64,000 nucleotides of DNA from assembly GCF_006345805.1 (NCBI RefSeq), contig NC_043002.1, positions 19,344,001-19,408,000 of the forward strand, in the 5' to 3' direction. The notes beneath the pieces are model-generated. The model did no database searches and had not been told where the DNA came from. It worked only from the letters and a program-made list of their open reading frames with translations. Origin of the DNA: Octopus sinensis (lineage: Eukaryota). Position numbers and translations under genes: made by a program. Of this stretch, positions 63,521 to 64,000 are shown in pieces. Position 1 is the stretch's first letter, and each line of letters opens with the position of its first letter.

Positions 63521-64000
63521 ACATCTATTTATAACATCTTTACCAGCATGCCTATTTAAATCAGCATATCTATCTATTTCAATCAATCATTGTGTGTGTG
63601 TGTGTACACACACACACACATATATATATATATACATATATATATATCTTACGGAGATGTACTTGCATAGCGAGTGACTTGGTCTGAGATCGTGATATAT
63701 ATATATATATTACATACACACACCAGTTTATTTGTCGATGCCTGTCTCAGTTTGTCTCTTGTTTATAATGTCCACCTGTATGTAATGTCTCCACCTGTAT
63801 GTAATGTCTCCATTTATATCCACCTGTCAGTTTTGTCTGCATGTTTGTTGCTACCGAACTGTTTATATCGGTAACCCCTAACTCGATCGCCCAACTTGCT
63901 AGAAATAGCGGTCAAATCTCACTCACATTACACCTAACATCTCAAATACAGAGCGAACACATTGTTTAGTACTACTACATATCCTCCAAACAGCTGGATT

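Overview
AT-rich, microsatellite-dense eukaryotic genomic DNA, most likely a coleoid cephalopod (octopus-like SINE and RTE families; this is an inference, not a database result). One host gene is supported: the 5' six coding exons of DPH1 (diphthamide synthesis, 4Fe-4S) on the minus strand. The ATG is at 24112, the exons give 189 aa in frame with GT-AG introns, and the rest of the gene lies beyond base 1. Almost everything else is transposon-derived: two large RTE LINEs whose RT carries an inserted PHD-type finger, tRNA-derived SINEs sharing the RTE 3' tail, mariner and hAT elements and MITEs, a Rep-deleted Helitron, a truncated Ty3/Gypsy-like LTR element nested in a hAT transposase, and Hero, CRE, R4/Dong, Tx1 and Penelope-like remnants. 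The most notable signals are the PHD insert, a sharp CpG-decay boundary at the DPH1 promoter (gene-body methylation footprint), hierarchical repeats at an RTE 5' end, a 9x169-bp SINE-derived array, a telomere-cored foldback element and degenerate hammerhead-like motifs. I found no clearly new multi-gene system. Coordinates of decayed repeats are approximate (read by eye).
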